Virus record (IMG/VR): IMGVR_UViG_3300035696_000004
Span: 96,001-160,000 of that record
Source of the DNA: a virus
Taxonomy: Duplodnaviria; Caudoviricetes
Reading direction: 5' to 3' (one strand)
Length of the DNA: 64,000 nt
This document shows positions 1 to 9,420 of the stretch, one piece after another. A program made the translations under genes and the position numbers. The first letter of the stretch is position 1; every line of letters starts with the position of its first letter. Under the pieces are notes generated by a model, which saw only the letters and a list, made by a program, of their open reading frames with translations, did not search any database and was not told the DNA's origin.

Positions 1-252
1 GTTCTTCATCTGCATCTGGCGAAACTGAAGATTCTTTTGTGACCATGAAACGTATTCCGTTTGCAGCCAGTCCCATTCATCAGAACCTTTAGCAGTTCGA
101 AATACCATAGGCGTTCGAGAAATCGTCAGCTTTGTTCGATACGTCGGCGGTTTGAAACCCGGCCACATGGTCACGTATGGGACAAATGGTGTTTTTAGAA
201 GCGGCCCGCAAAGGGGTTGTACGACGAGCTCCTTCATGGCATGATTAGCCAT
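1..252 (-). CDS. hypothetical protein, partial (runs off left edge)
   Basis: My translation: ATG at 252 (MANHAMKELVVQPL...) is open for 84 codons to base 1 and abuts the stop of the upstream ORF; absent from the ORF track because it has no stop in the window. Confidence 0.6.
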   Translation of the reverse strand, partial: MANHAMKELVVQPLCGPLLKTPFVPYVTMWPGFKPPTYRTKLTISRTPMVFRTAKGSDEWDWLQTEYVSWSQKNLQFRQMQMKN

Positions 253-666
253 TTACTTCTCCATGACGTAATTTGGAGGACAGAACCGTATCCGGCGCGG
301 CACAATGGATTCGCGGTGTTTGAGCCGGGGACGCTTTTTGCAGGGTAGGCCCAACGAATCCGACCTCAGCGGCAGACGAGCTCTCTGCATATTCCACACG
401 CCTTCGACGCTCAGAACTTTCTTCCGGGGAGTTCGTGAGTGCTTTACAAAACGCAGCCAACCCCGAAAGAGCGATCTCCATGCATCTTCTTTCTCGATTT
501 CAGACAACCAATCCTCGACAGGCTTTTGAGCCGTCTTGAAGAAAATCGATTGGTCACGAACGCGTAGTGCGATTCGTTTCGACGTGTAGATCCGCAAAAA
601 CTGCTGATCCGGGCGACCCCAGTTGTACAGATAGAATCGTTCTATTACAACGGATTCATCGGACAT
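253..666 (-). CDS. hypothetical protein
   Basis: ORF 253..747; likely start at 666 (MSDESVVIERF) after GGGGG, directly after the stop of 669..1091. Confidence 0.6.
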   Translation of the reverse strand: MSDESVVIERFYLYNWGRPDQQFLRIYTSKRIALRVRDQSIFFKTAQKPVEDWLSEIEKEDAWRSLFRGWLRFVKHSRTPRKKVLSVEGVWNMQRARLPLRSDSLGLPCKKRPRLKHRESIVPRRIRFCPPNYVMEK

Positions 667-668
667 TT

Positions 669-1091
669 CTAGACCCCCGGTTTTACCATTCGCGCTTCCC
701 ACACTGCCATCATTGCTTTCAATTGCTGTGGGACGTCGAGAGCCCATTGAGTTTTCTTGGCTTCCTGATAGGCGATCAGGACTTCTGCCGCGGCGTTATT
801 CCAACGAATCTTGTCGTTGTTAAACGCGCTCATTAGGCAGTCGATTTTGAGATCGAGCGCCATCAGCGCTTCTTGTGGCGTAGCTGCCTTCGCCGCCGGA
901 TAGAGTCCCGACAAGAAGAAAGCATCCATGCTCAGCGCGCGATCATCACCAGCTGTGTAGTCGTCTACGATCTCGCCGGCACTCTCTTCAGGGCTAAAGA
1001 GAGCGATGTACCCCGAACCGTAACGTTCTTTGAAAACCGTCAGAATTGCGCACATTTCCACGGCAGCAGAAAATTTGTTGATGTTGTTCAT
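669..1091 (-). CDS. hypothetical protein
   Basis: 140-aa ORF, GAGGAG SD upstream, tightly packed in the operon. Confidence 0.7.
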   Translation of the reverse strand: MNNINKFSAAVEMCAILTVFKERYGSGYIALFSPEESAGEIVDDYTAGDDRALSMDAFFLSGLYPAAKAATPQEALMALDLKIDCLMSAFNNDKIRWNNAAAEVLIAYQEAKKTQWALDVPQQLKAMMAVWEARMVKPGV

Positions 1092-1112
1092 TCTTACTCC
1101 TCAATTCGATGA

Positions 1113-2423
1113 TTAAATGATGCGTTCTATCGATTCGATCTGCTCGCGTAAAACAAAGATAGCCGGGAAGGTCATCTCGAAACACGGCTCAAACCACATA
1201 CGGCCGACCTTCTCATTTGTTCCCTTGTACTTATAGACCCCCTCGGTGGCAGTAGGGCGTCCGGTCTTGACGAACGTCAACTTGTAGCGAGCGTCGACTT
1301 GGAGTTCGTCTTTCAGATTCTCTTCGCTAGGGTTCTGCATTTGGTATTCCTCGATGCCTTGTTGGAGAACTTTTTGGAGAGCTTTTTCGTTGTTTCTGAT
1401 CATCTCGGCTAGTAAATTTTCTCCCGCAAGAAAAGTTTTAACAGGATCCACAACGATTTTTGCCGACCACATGGATCCTACCGCCTCTGCTTTGACGATC
1501 TCTTTATAATCAATGACGATTATCGTTGCATCGGTCTCGCGACAGAAAATAAGCGCATCGCTATTTCCGCCTCGATAGGTATACTCGCCATCTTTGGTCG
1601 AATCCTTGAATTTCAGATCATACTTTTGACAAGGGACGTACAAGTACGGCGGTTTAGTGTCTCCATCATTCGGCGGTGTATCGATGACGTTCTGGATCCT
1701 GATCGTCACGGGAGGACTCCAACCCTGTACAACCTCTTCGGGAGTAAGTCCTTTGGGATCTGGGGTCACCGACACAAATTGGTCGATCCCCACGACCGCT
1801 TCGCCTTCGACTTCTTTTTCATCAGCTTCGCGAAGTGTCGAGAAGAGCTCTTTCCAGCACTCTTCATCATCGTTTAGACCGAGACCGTACCTGTCGCGAG
1901 GGAAGCGTTCGCTATCTTCAGGGGCGATGATTGTTTCTTGATGCTGGAAGATGCCGTGCGGGTCGGCGTCGTCATCAAGTTTGATCGGAACTCTGAGATA
2001 GTTGACCGGGCACGTCCCTTCGTCGATATAGTAGTAGGAACCCCAGCGAGGATGCGACTCCTCGACATCAAAGGTGTCTCCGACGGCGACAGTAGCGTTG
2101 CCTTTCACGACGATATGAACCGTCTGACCGTTGTCAAGGGGTCGGAAAAGACGCAACAGATGCCAGAGCTCGATCCTGTTGGATATGTGGCACGTCTTGA
2201 CCGTATGGTCCGTTTGCACCTGGATAATGAATCCTGCGCCGCAAGAAGCACAAAACCGAGGGGCGACCTCATACGGCTTCTTGCTTTTATCGACATTCTC
2301 CAGAAGGTGGTCAAAACTGCCGGGTCCTTTACTGCCCTCAGCCTGACAAATAGGGCAGGTGATGTAATGGTGCTCCGTCTTCACCACGGAAACAGCCGTT
2401 TCTTTATACTCGCGATTTTTCAT
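1113..2423 (-). CDS. hypothetical protein with N-terminal CxxC...CxxC putative zinc ribbon
   Basis: 436-aa ORF; CPIC and CASC motifs; AAGGA SD. Confidence 0.7.
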   Translation of the reverse strand: MKNREYKETAVSVVKTEHHYITCPICQAEGSKGPGSFDHLLENVDKSKKPYEVAPRFCASCGAGFIIQVQTDHTVKTCHISNRIELWHLLRLFRPLDNGQTVHIVVKGNATVAVGDTFDVEESHPRWGSYYYIDEGTCPVNYLRVPIKLDDDADPHGIFQHQETIIAPEDSERFPRDRYGLGLNDDEECWKELFSTLREADEKEVEGEAVVGIDQFVSVTPDPKGLTPEEVVQGWSPPVTIRIQNVIDTPPNDGDTKPPYLYVPCQKYDLKFKDSTKDGEYTYRGGNSDALIFCRETDATIIVIDYKEIVKAEAVGSMWSAKIVVDPVKTFLAGENLLAEMIRNNEKALQKVLQQGIEEYQMQNPSEENLKDELQVDARYKLTFVKTGRPTATEGVYKYKGTNEKVGRMWFEPCFEMTFPAIFVLREQIESIERII

Positions 2424-2458
2424 GCGTCGTTTTCCTTTATCGGACTATCCGGGGGCGG

Positions 2459-3424
2459 CTAGATGAGCTTTTCGTCATCAGAGCCCGACTTGACCGTAAA
2501 CCCACACGCCTTCGGATGGCCACCGCCACCATACCGTTGGGCGATAGGAATCAGATTGAGGTTCTGATGCTCACGCGCTCGGATGGAATACTTCCGATCA
2601 CCTGTGTACAGATCATCTTGATACGCGGCGGCAAACGGCGCATCAGGATAGAGTTCCAATAGGACATCGCACGCCTGTGTCACGAGGTAGTACGGGATCG
2701 GAATAGCCGGCACCCAATTACCACCAATTCGAATGTTCCGGGCCGAAATCTTAATGATTTGCAGGATGAAGGACCTTTCGGCGGAACGAATGTGTCGTCC
2801 ATTAATTGCGAACGAATACAACATCATTCCTGCTTCTGCACGAGACTCTGGCGAGGTATCGAGCAATTGTCCAAAGTAGTCGCTAAAACCGTCGATGTCT
2901 TTCCTGACGAAAGATTCTTGGTTTGTGGCGAATGCGTGGAAATCTAAAGCCATTGGGCCCTCGTGATGAAGATCACGATCTTGCACCAATGTAAGCATCA
3001 ATGGAATCGACTCTTCCGGATGGAAAAACTCCCACGTCATCGTGGCGCCACATTTGTCGGTATCGATCATAATAGTTTTCGAGATCGGACATTCCTCAGA
3101 GCCCGCTAGAGCGAGGTCAGCCTCATCCCAGGTGTGATGATCGAGAACGATCACCTGGGACGCTTTTTCAACGGCTGCAAAGACATCCGGTAGATGGGGA
3201 GCAAAATCCAGAAAGAAAATGCTGGCGCCTGGTTTAATGTCCTTGATCAACGGCTTCAGGTCTGTTTTGTACGTGACTGCCTGAAGAAGAAGCGGGAGAC
3301 CTTTTTCTTCCAGAAAGCGTTTGGCGATGATTGCCGACATCATCCCGTCTACGCAGTCGTCGTGATAAAAAACGACTGCGTGTTGAACAGGTTCCGGAAG
3401 TGTTTCGTAAATGGGCTTTACCAT
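2459..3424 (-). CDS. DHH/DHHA1-family phosphoesterase
   Basis: Motifs YHDDCVDG, FLDF, LDHH and GGGGHPKACGF. Confidence 0.88.
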   Translation of the reverse strand: MVKPIYETLPEPVQHAVVFYHDDCVDGMMSAIIAKRFLEEKGLPLLLQAVTYKTDLKPLIKDIKPGASIFFLDFAPHLPDVFAAVEKASQVIVLDHHTWDEADLALAGSEECPISKTIMIDTDKCGATMTWEFFHPEESIPLMLTLVQDRDLHHEGPMALDFHAFATNQESFVRKDIDGFSDYFGQLLDTSPESRAEAGMMLYSFAINGRHIRSAERSFILQIIKISARNIRIGGNWVPAIPIPYYLVTQACDVLLELYPDAPFAAAYQDDLYTGDRKYSIRAREHQNLNLIPIAQRYGGGGHPKACGFTVKSGSDDEKLI

Positions 3425-3448
3425 GAATTTCCCCTTTGCTATTCAGCG

Positions 3449-3910
3449 TTACTTCTTCAACTTACCCTTGAGTTTCATGACACGATGCTTGAGCTCTTCG
3501 ATGCGGGTTTGTTGTTCGCGGATAACGATTGCCGTGCGGTGCCGTTGGGTGTTTAGGGTGGTGAGCGTTGCTTTGATGTTTTCAAGCTCTTTGCTGAAAT
3601 ACATCATCTGGCGTTCCGGCAACGTGAGACGCGTGACGACGAGACTCCTCGGATCTGATACAGACAGGATCGGAGGAACAACACCTTGATACGTGGCATT
3701 CAGTGCGCCACGCAGGACCGTGTCCTGATCGGCATCGAAAGGGGACACACAGAGGTATTGTTGTTCGTGTCCTCTGCCATCTCGGTCGGTGATTTTAAAA
3801 CTGGCCACGCCTTTCCTGTCGAGCTCGCGGTGACCTTGGATACACTCAAGATAGAGTGTCTCGCGGTTGAGAGGGAACGAATCCGAGACGGTGATATCAG
3901 GTTCTTGCAT
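3449..3910 (-). CDS. hypothetical protein with C-terminal coiled coil
   Basis: 153-aa ORF; AAAGGG SD; heptad-rich C-terminus. Confidence 0.7.
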   Translation of the reverse strand: MQEPDITVSDSFPLNRETLYLECIQGHRELDRKGVASFKITDRDGRGHEQQYLCVSPFDADQDTVLRGALNATYQGVVPPILSVSDPRSLVVTRLTLPERQMMYFSKELENIKATLTTLNTQRHRTAIVIREQQTRIEELKHRVMKLKGKLKK

Positions 3911-3924
3911 GATGTGCCCTTTTT

Positions 3925-4221
3925 TTAGTTTTTGTAGAAGTGTTCGTGAAGAGAACCACCGATATCACAATCTTCGGGGAACCAGTTTTCACCGTTGGAA
4001 ATGCGATATTCTTTATCCTCCTCTCCCACATTTGGGAAAACTTGGAATCCGGGGAGATCGACATCTTCGCCATCCAGGATCACGGGGAGCGAGAAGATCG
4101 CTCCTTCCGTCCTTTCCAGCGGACTTTGATTGGGCTGTTCCGCCCAATACTTGGCGATGCTCCGGGCCTTTTCCAGGAACATTTCTTTGACTTCTTCTTG
4201 GGTGTATTCACGAGATTGCAT
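3925..4221 (-). CDS. hypothetical phage protein
   Basis: Likely start 4221 (MQSREYTQEEV) after AAGGA. Confidence 0.7.
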   Translation of the reverse strand: MQSREYTQEEVKEMFLEKARSIAKYWAEQPNQSPLERTEGAIFSLPVILDGEDVDLPGFQVFPNVGEEDKEYRISNGENWFPEDCDIGGSLHEHFYKN

Positions 4222-4238
4222 GGCTGTATTCCTTGTTG

Positions 4239-4616
4239 TTAATGTCCGTTGAGAACTTCGTACTCGTGTGGAGACATACGGGCATTGTAATTGAAATAGT
4301 ACTCCGGCGCAGCACGAAACTCTGTGTGGCGACACCTGAGCGCTTCATCCAGATAAATCACCGTAGCCGCAGGAAGCTCTCGTTTGACTTCGCGTGCCAG
4401 ATCGAGACCCTTTTCTGCGTAAGCGATGACCTCTTGCTTATCGGAGAGATCGATCCCTCGATACTTCAATGACCACGCTGCCAACCGACGGCGCAGACCC
4501 GACGTGATCGGGTAGTCATCAGGATCAAAGTTGATCCCATTTCCCTTGCAAATACCAGGATGGTTGTAGTCCGCCATTACTTTGACGATCTTCGTGTATT
4601 GTTCAGGTTCCCGCAT
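4239..4616 (-). CDS. hypothetical protein
   Basis: 125-aa ORF in operon, GGAG SD. Confidence 0.7.
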   Translation of the reverse strand: MREPEQYTKIVKVMADYNHPGICKGNGINFDPDDYPITSGLRRRLAAWSLKYRGIDLSDKQEVIAYAEKGLDLAREVKRELPAATVIYLDEALRCRHTEFRAAPEYYFNYNARMSPHEYEVLNGH

Positions 4617-4622
4617 TTTTTA

Positions 4623-5300
4623 TCACTCCATTACCAGGATTGCGTAGAGCTTTATCAAATTGTCTAAAGCGAGTTTTACTTCTTCATCATCCACATCGCA
4701 ATGATCTAGAAGGATTTGTTTGGTGTCCTCCATCCATTTAGTCGCTGCTTTTTTACTGCAATAGTGGATTTTCTTGATCTTTAAGAACCGGTTTCGTTGT
4801 GCTCCCTCCATCTGTGTCAGATAAAAGACATACTCACGTCCTTTATTGATGAAGTATTCGGACAGATCAGGAAGGGATTCACCCGATTCCAAAGTCGGTT
4901 GGGCCTCGGCGCCCGTATCGTAATACCGGACAAGATGAAGATCTGTACGGGCATACAGACCACAATCCTCAAACCCGAGCTTCTTATAAAAGCCCACGAC
5001 ATCTGCGTAGCAATAGGCTTCGATAAAGAACGGACCATTGTCGAGTTCGTGGAGTAGCAGGATCGCTTTCTCGATGAGCATGCGACCATACCCCTTCCCG
5101 CGATAATCCGCATCGATGTAGAGCTCATTGAGCTCGTACAGCCCGCCCAGACAAAACGATTCATGCACATCGACACCCCCGACGACGTGGTCGTCACAAA
5201 CGTCCCCCAAATGCAACGCGATGTGTTGATGCATCGACTTCGAATCTTCAAACCCGTATCCAGGAGCATACGGGAACGCCGTTGCTTTCTTTGCCATCAC
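4623..5300 (-). CDS. GNAT acetyltransferase fused to a C-terminal helical domain
   Basis: LYIDADYRGKGYGRMLI (acetyl-CoA-binding R/Q-x-x-G-x-G motif) and VVGFYKKLGF. Confidence 0.8.
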   Translation of the reverse strand: MMAKKATAFPYAPGYGFEDSKSMHQHIALHLGDVCDDHVVGGVDVHESFCLGGLYELNELYIDADYRGKGYGRMLIEKAILLLHELDNGPFFIEAYCYADVVGFYKKLGFEDCGLYARTDLHLVRYYDTGAEAQPTLESGESLPDLSEYFINKGREYVFYLTQMEGAQRNRFLKIKKIHYCSKKAATKWMEDTKQILLDHCDVDDEEVKLALDNLIKLYAILVME

Positions 5301-5500
5301 TCTACCTCGATTGTTAAGGGCGCACCGGCTTCAGACCAGATCCTTTCGACCTCTTGATCATACGCCTCGCTACTGAGCGTCCGATAGTTCACTTTTCGTT
5401 TGGCAATCAGGAGATCCGCTTGCACCTGAGTATACAGCTTCCCTGCGTATTCCAAGAGCCACATCATGCGTTCGACTCCCGTGGTGCGTCTGATAGCCAT
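5297..5500 (-). CDS. small hypothetical early protein
   Basis: 67 aa, AAGGA SD, immediately downstream of a TATATTAC element. Confidence 0.7.
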   Translation of the reverse strand: MAIRRTTGVERMMWLLEYAGKLYTQVQADLLIAKRKVNYRTLSSEAYDQEVERIWSEAGAPLTIEVE

Positions 5501-5515
5501 TGTGGATTCCTTTAA

Positions 5516-5547
5516 GTAATATATGTTTCAGAATGTCTAGAGTGTCG
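5516..5547 (-). promoter_or_regulatory. putative phiKZ-type early promoter (TATATTAC) with a partial upstream element
   Basis: GTAATATA at 5516-5523 is TATATTAC on the minus strand, the phiKZ virion-RNAP early consensus; TCTAGA core upstream as in the other copies. Confidence 0.65.
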
Positions 5548-5560
5548 AAAAAAATAATAC

Positions 5561-5601
5561 CTGTCATAAAAGACTCTCTCAGGTAAAAACCTGAGAGAGT
5601 C
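5561..5601 (-). terminator. hairpin terminator followed by TTTTATGACAG
   Basis: 12-bp stem GACTCTCTCAGG/CCTGAGAGAGTC after the 5618 stop. Confidence 0.75.
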
Positions 5602-5617
5602 CCTTGAAACGAATCGG

Positions 5618-5839
5618 TTATAAACGAAAGCCACCTGTCATCAACGCCCAGAGTATCCCAAACAGCAGGAGTGTACCGATCAGACCAAACTGCTTCATAG
5701 GTCGGATACGAAGTGCTCGTAGGACCAACCATGTAACAGCTATCCATACGAGCTTTGCTCCAAGCCCGAGAGGACTAATCGATTTACCGAGGAGCTTGTA
5801 GACAGCGTAGATGATCAGTAACGCTACGAGCAGGTTCAT
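5618..5839 (-). CDS. small membrane protein (about 3 TM)
   Basis: 73 aa, three hydrophobic segments, GGGGAG SD. Confidence 0.7.
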   Translation of the reverse strand: MNLLVALLIIYAVYKLLGKSISPLGLGAKLVWIAVTWLVLRALRIRPMKQFGLIGTLLLFGILWALMTGGFRL

Positions 5840-5841
5840 GA

Positions 5842-6315
5842 TTACTCCCCGAAGGCGAGGGCGATCTCGTCGACGATCTTGAAGCGATCGAGTGCCATCG
5901 GAACATCCATGTCCCAGTCTTGGCTGACCCAGTCATCCTCGAAACGACGATTCGGGTCCTGCACCAAGATGGTGGCATTTTCGGGTTCGACGAGATCGAT
6001 GAGGAGGCGAATGTTGTATTCGCCACCGAGTCGGATATAAGCGTAGGCACGTTCCGGTGCGGATGCGAAGACGTAGACACCCGAATGCATGCGGTCATCC
6101 TTCATGAACCCGACGTCCTTGACGATGGTGCTCATGTTCGGCATCACTCGAGTGGCCACCGAACTGGGCATGTGGGCCGGATGCACGTAACGCGCGAGCA
6201 GTCGCACGACTTCGCGGAGACGCATTTTGTCCATCTTGACTTCCGGCATCGATTCCGGGATGAACGGTTGGGTCATTTTCACGGAAAGGGTCGCACCAAT
6301 CTTGATAGAGGACAT
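5842..6315 (-). CDS. hypothetical protein
   Basis: 157 aa, strong GC3 codon bias, AAGGAG SD. Confidence 0.75.
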   Translation of the reverse strand: MSSIKIGATLSVKMTQPFIPESMPEVKMDKMRLREVVRLLARYVHPAHMPSSVATRVMPNMSTIVKDVGFMKDDRMHSGVYVFASAPERAYAYIRLGGEYNIRLLIDLVEPENATILVQDPNRRFEDDWVSQDWDMDVPMALDRFKIVDEIALAFGE

Positions 6316-6349
6316 TCTTATACTCCTTGTTAATTAAATCAACTACACA

Positions 6350-6985
6350 TTAAAGGCTGTCGTTCAACTTCTGGCAGCGTATCGCATTACGGACCGTCAT
6401 GTAGATCTGCTCGGCGATGATGTCAGGGTCTTGATGACCATTGATGGTGAGCATCGAGCTCGAGGAATTGTAGTAATCGATGACGGCCTGTTTATATCGA
6501 TCGCCTTCCAGATCTTTTCGATCCAGTTCACTTCCGTTCGCACGCGCCTTTCGGGCGAGGCATTCTTCCAGACTGATCTTGAGATAGAAGGTCAGGTCCG
6601 GTTTGCAGCCTCCCACAACCATCTTTTCAAGATAGTCGATGTCTTCTTCACGACACTTGCCCGCAGCCATTTGATACGCTCGCGTACTTTGCGTGAAGCG
6701 ATCGCAAAGGACGATAAAGCCATGGTCCAGCGACTCCTTAATGTCGTGCGCATGCTGACGCCGAGCCGCGTTGTAAAGAAGAAGTTCGGTGACGGGATCG
6801 ACGGCTTCGTCCCGCTTCGCGAGGATAGTCTTTCGGATCTCGCCAGCCATCGGCGTACCGCCGGGTTCACGAGTGACATGGACGAAGTTCCCGGGTTCTC
6901 GATACAGTCGTTCAGCCAACAGCCGAAGTTGTGTGGTCTTCCCGGAAAAGTCGACGCCTTCGAAAACAATGAACAATCCTGCCAT
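6350..6985 (-). CDS. tmk: thymidylate kinase
   Basis: FIVFEGVDFSGKTTQ P-loop, TREPGGT, VLCDRF. Confidence 0.95.
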   Translation of the reverse strand: MAGLFIVFEGVDFSGKTTQLRLLAERLYREPGNFVHVTREPGGTPMAGEIRKTILAKRDEAVDPVTELLLYNAARRQHAHDIKESLDHGFIVLCDRFTQSTRAYQMAAGKCREEDIDYLEKMVVGGCKPDLTFYLKISLEECLARKARANGSELDRKDLEGDRYKQAVIDYYNSSSSMLTINGHQDPDIIAEQIYMTVRNAIRCQKLNDSL

Positions 6986-6986
6986 C

Positions 6987-7769
6987 CTAATTCCTTTTTT
7001 GAAGTTGGGACATTTTGATATCGAGGTAATTCGCAGCGTAGCCCTCGTCCCGCATATACGTCTTCGGGATAGGGATACCCGAGAGCGCCGAGAACACCAT
7101 CACCGCACCTGCCACACGAGCTGGGTCATGAGCGAGTCTGGCAAAGCTCCGATAAAAAGCTTCGAATGTCGGGAATTCTCGGTTACCGATCTGCCCGATA
7201 ATGGCATCGCCGGTGGCGTCCACAAGAACATAATCGCCCGGTGCCATATAGATCTTTTTGATTGGAAGCGCCCTCAGCGATGCGAGATCAACCACTTCAC
7301 GATCCCGATGTCGTACGAGGTACTTCCAGATCTCATAGGTTCGATCATCGAATAGCGCCAACGCTTCTGGGAAACGCCTACGTGCCAGCAACGAGAAGGC
7401 TGAGTAAACACGCAGACGATCGGGATAGTTCGTTCGCCAGTCTTCCAGCCTCGCGTCCACCAGATATCGCGCCGGCGTCACGCTAGATTCACCGTACCCC
7501 AATGCATCAAAATCCAGATGCAAGAAATCGGAGACGGCCTGAGTTTTTGGTGAACCCAGGAGTTTGAGTACCTCATCGCGATCGACGTAAACCATTCCGT
7601 CACGAGTGGTCCAGCAATCCTCAAACCGGACGTTAACCAAATCCCGCATTTTGGTGGTTACTTCTTTCCGTTTCTCCCGGGATGATCTCCGATTCAAAAA
7701 ATCCACCACGCCAGAATAGACTAAGATCCCCAGCGACAGTATCGACAAATCGATAAGGAAGTGTGGCAT
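6987..7769 (-). CDS. hypothetical protein with N-terminal TM anchor
   Basis: 260-aa ORF; hydrophobic first 25 aa. Confidence 0.65.
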   Translation of the reverse strand: MPHFLIDLSILSLGILVYSGVVDFLNRRSSREKRKEVTTKMRDLVNVRFEDCWTTRDGMVYVDRDEVLKLLGSPKTQAVSDFLHLDFDALGYGESSVTPARYLVDARLEDWRTNYPDRLRVYSAFSLLARRRFPEALALFDDRTYEIWKYLVRHRDREVVDLASLRALPIKKIYMAPGDYVLVDATGDAIIGQIGNREFPTFEAFYRSFARLAHDPARVAGAVMVFSALSGIPIPKTYMRDEGYAANYLDIKMSQLQKRN

Positions 7770-7778
7770 AGAAGAACC

Positions 7779-8168
7779 TTACGCTGTCATCGACGATTGG
7801 CGGAAATGCGCCACAGCCGGCATATCGCCCATATCTTCGATGGTGGTCTGCGGTAGTGCGACCGTCGGTTTGGCTTGGGAGCCGTAATGGACAATCTCGG
7901 ACGGCGTGTAGCCTTGTTCAGCCGCCGAATCCCAGATGTAGCGCATCAGATGCAGGTCCAGCTTCGGTGCGTCTACAGCGCCGGCAAAGACGAAAGAGAC
8001 CGTGATGTTTCGCAGCTTGTTCTTGGGAGAGGTCACGATGATCTTACCGTGCTCACCGAACGCCGCAGCGTCCTTGTAGAACTTGATCGGGGGAAGGCCT
8101 TCGTAACGGTACTCGGTGCCAGTCAGGCATTCGAAAAAGGTAGCGGCCATACGGGTGATGATATTCAT
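7779..8168 (-). CDS. hypothetical protein
   Basis: Likely start 8168 (MNIITRMAA); the longer track start overlaps the next gene. Confidence 0.65.
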   Translation of the reverse strand: MNIITRMAATFFECLTGTEYRYEGLPPIKFYKDAAAFGEHGKIIVTSPKNKLRNITVSFVFAGAVDAPKLDLHLMRYIWDSAAEQGYTPSEIVHYGSQAKPTVALPQTTIEDMGDMPAVAHFRQSSMTA

Positions 8169-8202
8169 GATAAGGACTTTCTTATAGAGTGGATGAAGGA
8201 TG

Positions 8203-8445
8203 TTACTGATTGATGCGTTGTGCTTCGAGCGCAAAGGCGTACAGATCGCGCGTTTGTTTCCAGAGCAGGTCAACCTGAGCATCCGGCATCGAGAGATCCT
8301 TGATGATGACATTGGCAGCGCGTAAGCGCTGGATGTTTTGTTCGTGCGCCAGGACGTTCAGGAAACCATTGTGGTATTGCACCTTGTCGACCGAGATGGC
8401 GTGGAGCGTATTTTCCATATCGGCTTTGAGTTCACGCAAGTTCAT
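8203..8445 (-). CDS. hypothetical protein
   Basis: 80 aa, ATGA overlap with the lipoprotein gene. Confidence 0.7.
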   Translation of the reverse strand: MNLRELKADMENTLHAISVDKVQYHNGFLNVLAHEQNIQRLRAANVIIKDLSMPDAQVDLLWKQTRDLYAFALEAQRINQ

Positions 8446-8786
8446 TTTGCCTTTCCTTTCACCATCTTCAACAAGATTTTCTGATCAGGCGATAATCCGA
8501 CGATACGACCTTTACTGTCCTTGCATACGAACCGGCATTGATAGCCGTTTTTGTCTTTGTCACTTTCGTTAATGAAGGGGAGACGGGTCACGAGATCCAT
8601 CGGAGAAAAGACGATGTCTTTACTCGTGATGTAGTTCAGGTCCTCCAGGTTCCCTTGGAGATCATACACGTTGTACTTCCCGTCATCTGTCAGGCCGATG
8701 ACCTGAATCTGATCTTTCTTGTGGCAGGCTGCGACTCCAACTGCAATGAGCAAACCTACCATCAACAGCTTCAGACGTTTAACCAT
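8442..8786 (-). CDS. putative lipoprotein
   Basis: MVKRLKLLMVGLLIAVGVAA-C: basic n-region, h-region and lipobox-like Cys. Confidence 0.75.
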   Translation of the reverse strand: MVKRLKLLMVGLLIAVGVAACHKKDQIQVIGLTDDGKYNVYDLQGNLEDLNYITSKDIVFSPMDLVTRLPFINESDKDKNGYQCRFVCKDSKGRIVGLSPDQKILLKMVKGKAK

Positions 8787-8806
8787 GGTGGAGCTCCGAT
8801 AAAGGT

Positions 8807-8857
8807 TTACTACTGAATGTCATTTCCGTAATATAGTCATGAAATATTCTAGAATCG
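8807..8857 (-). promoter_or_regulatory. extended early promoter element, copy 1
   Basis: CGATTCTAGAATATTTCA-N4-TATATTAC-N5-TGACATTCAGTAGTAA on the minus strand; ungapped match to copies at 52730 and 63945. Confidence 0.8.
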
Positions 8858-8866
8858 TTTAAAAAA

Positions 8867-8908
8867 TGACAGCATAAAAGGAGAGCCCGAAGGCTCTCCC
8901 CGTATGAC
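8867..8908 (-). terminator. cUUCGg hairpin terminator followed by TTTTATGCTGTCA
   Basis: GGAGAGCC-TTCG-GGCTCTCC; nearly identical to 30728-30773. Confidence 0.85.
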
Positions 8909-8913
8909 CTCAC

Positions 8914-9420
8914 TCAAGCAGCGAGGACTTCTTTCGATTCATTGAGCATGAAGGCTCGAAGTTCATCGACAGCCGGGCGATCGTAATCCTTGATGGACTT
9001 GATCATCCAGATATCTTGCGGTCTGACACGCCAGGATGAACCTAGACGGAAGAGATCGCATCCTGCGTAGGCAGCACATGCCGCTACCAACTCAGAGCAG
9101 AACCATTCGTTGTCTTCGGTCCAGTCACGATGCACCAGGAAACCAAAGAGCGCACGAACGTCGTAGCTCTTTCCGACCTGCTCCAGAGCGTACGCTTCGA
9201 TATCCGCATTCTCAGCTTCGGTACATTCGTATTCCGAGATGTAGTAGTCGGTGTGTGCCGACAGCATCGTCTCGAGCGAAACATGTCGCACCTTCGGCCA
9301 GGTCGCTTCCACAACCGTGCCATCGGAAAGCAAGATTCCCACATGCGACCACTTCGACCAGGTCGCTGCACGAATCATCACGGCACCAGGGGCATTCGAG
9401 GTGCAGAAAATGACTTTCAT
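8914..9420 (-). CDS. permuted papain-like amidase (YaeF/YiiX, NlpC/P60 superfamily)
   Basis: WSHVGI (His) N-terminal to WFCSELVA (Cys); QVGKSYD. Confidence 0.85.
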   Translation of the reverse strand: MKVIFCTSNAPGAVMIRAATWSKWSHVGILLSDGTVVEATWPKVRHVSLETMLSAHTDYYISEYECTEAENADIEAYALEQVGKSYDVRALFGFLVHRDWTEDNEWFCSELVAACAAYAGCDLFRLGSSWRVRPQDIWMIKSIKDYDRPAVDELRAFMLNESKEVLAA

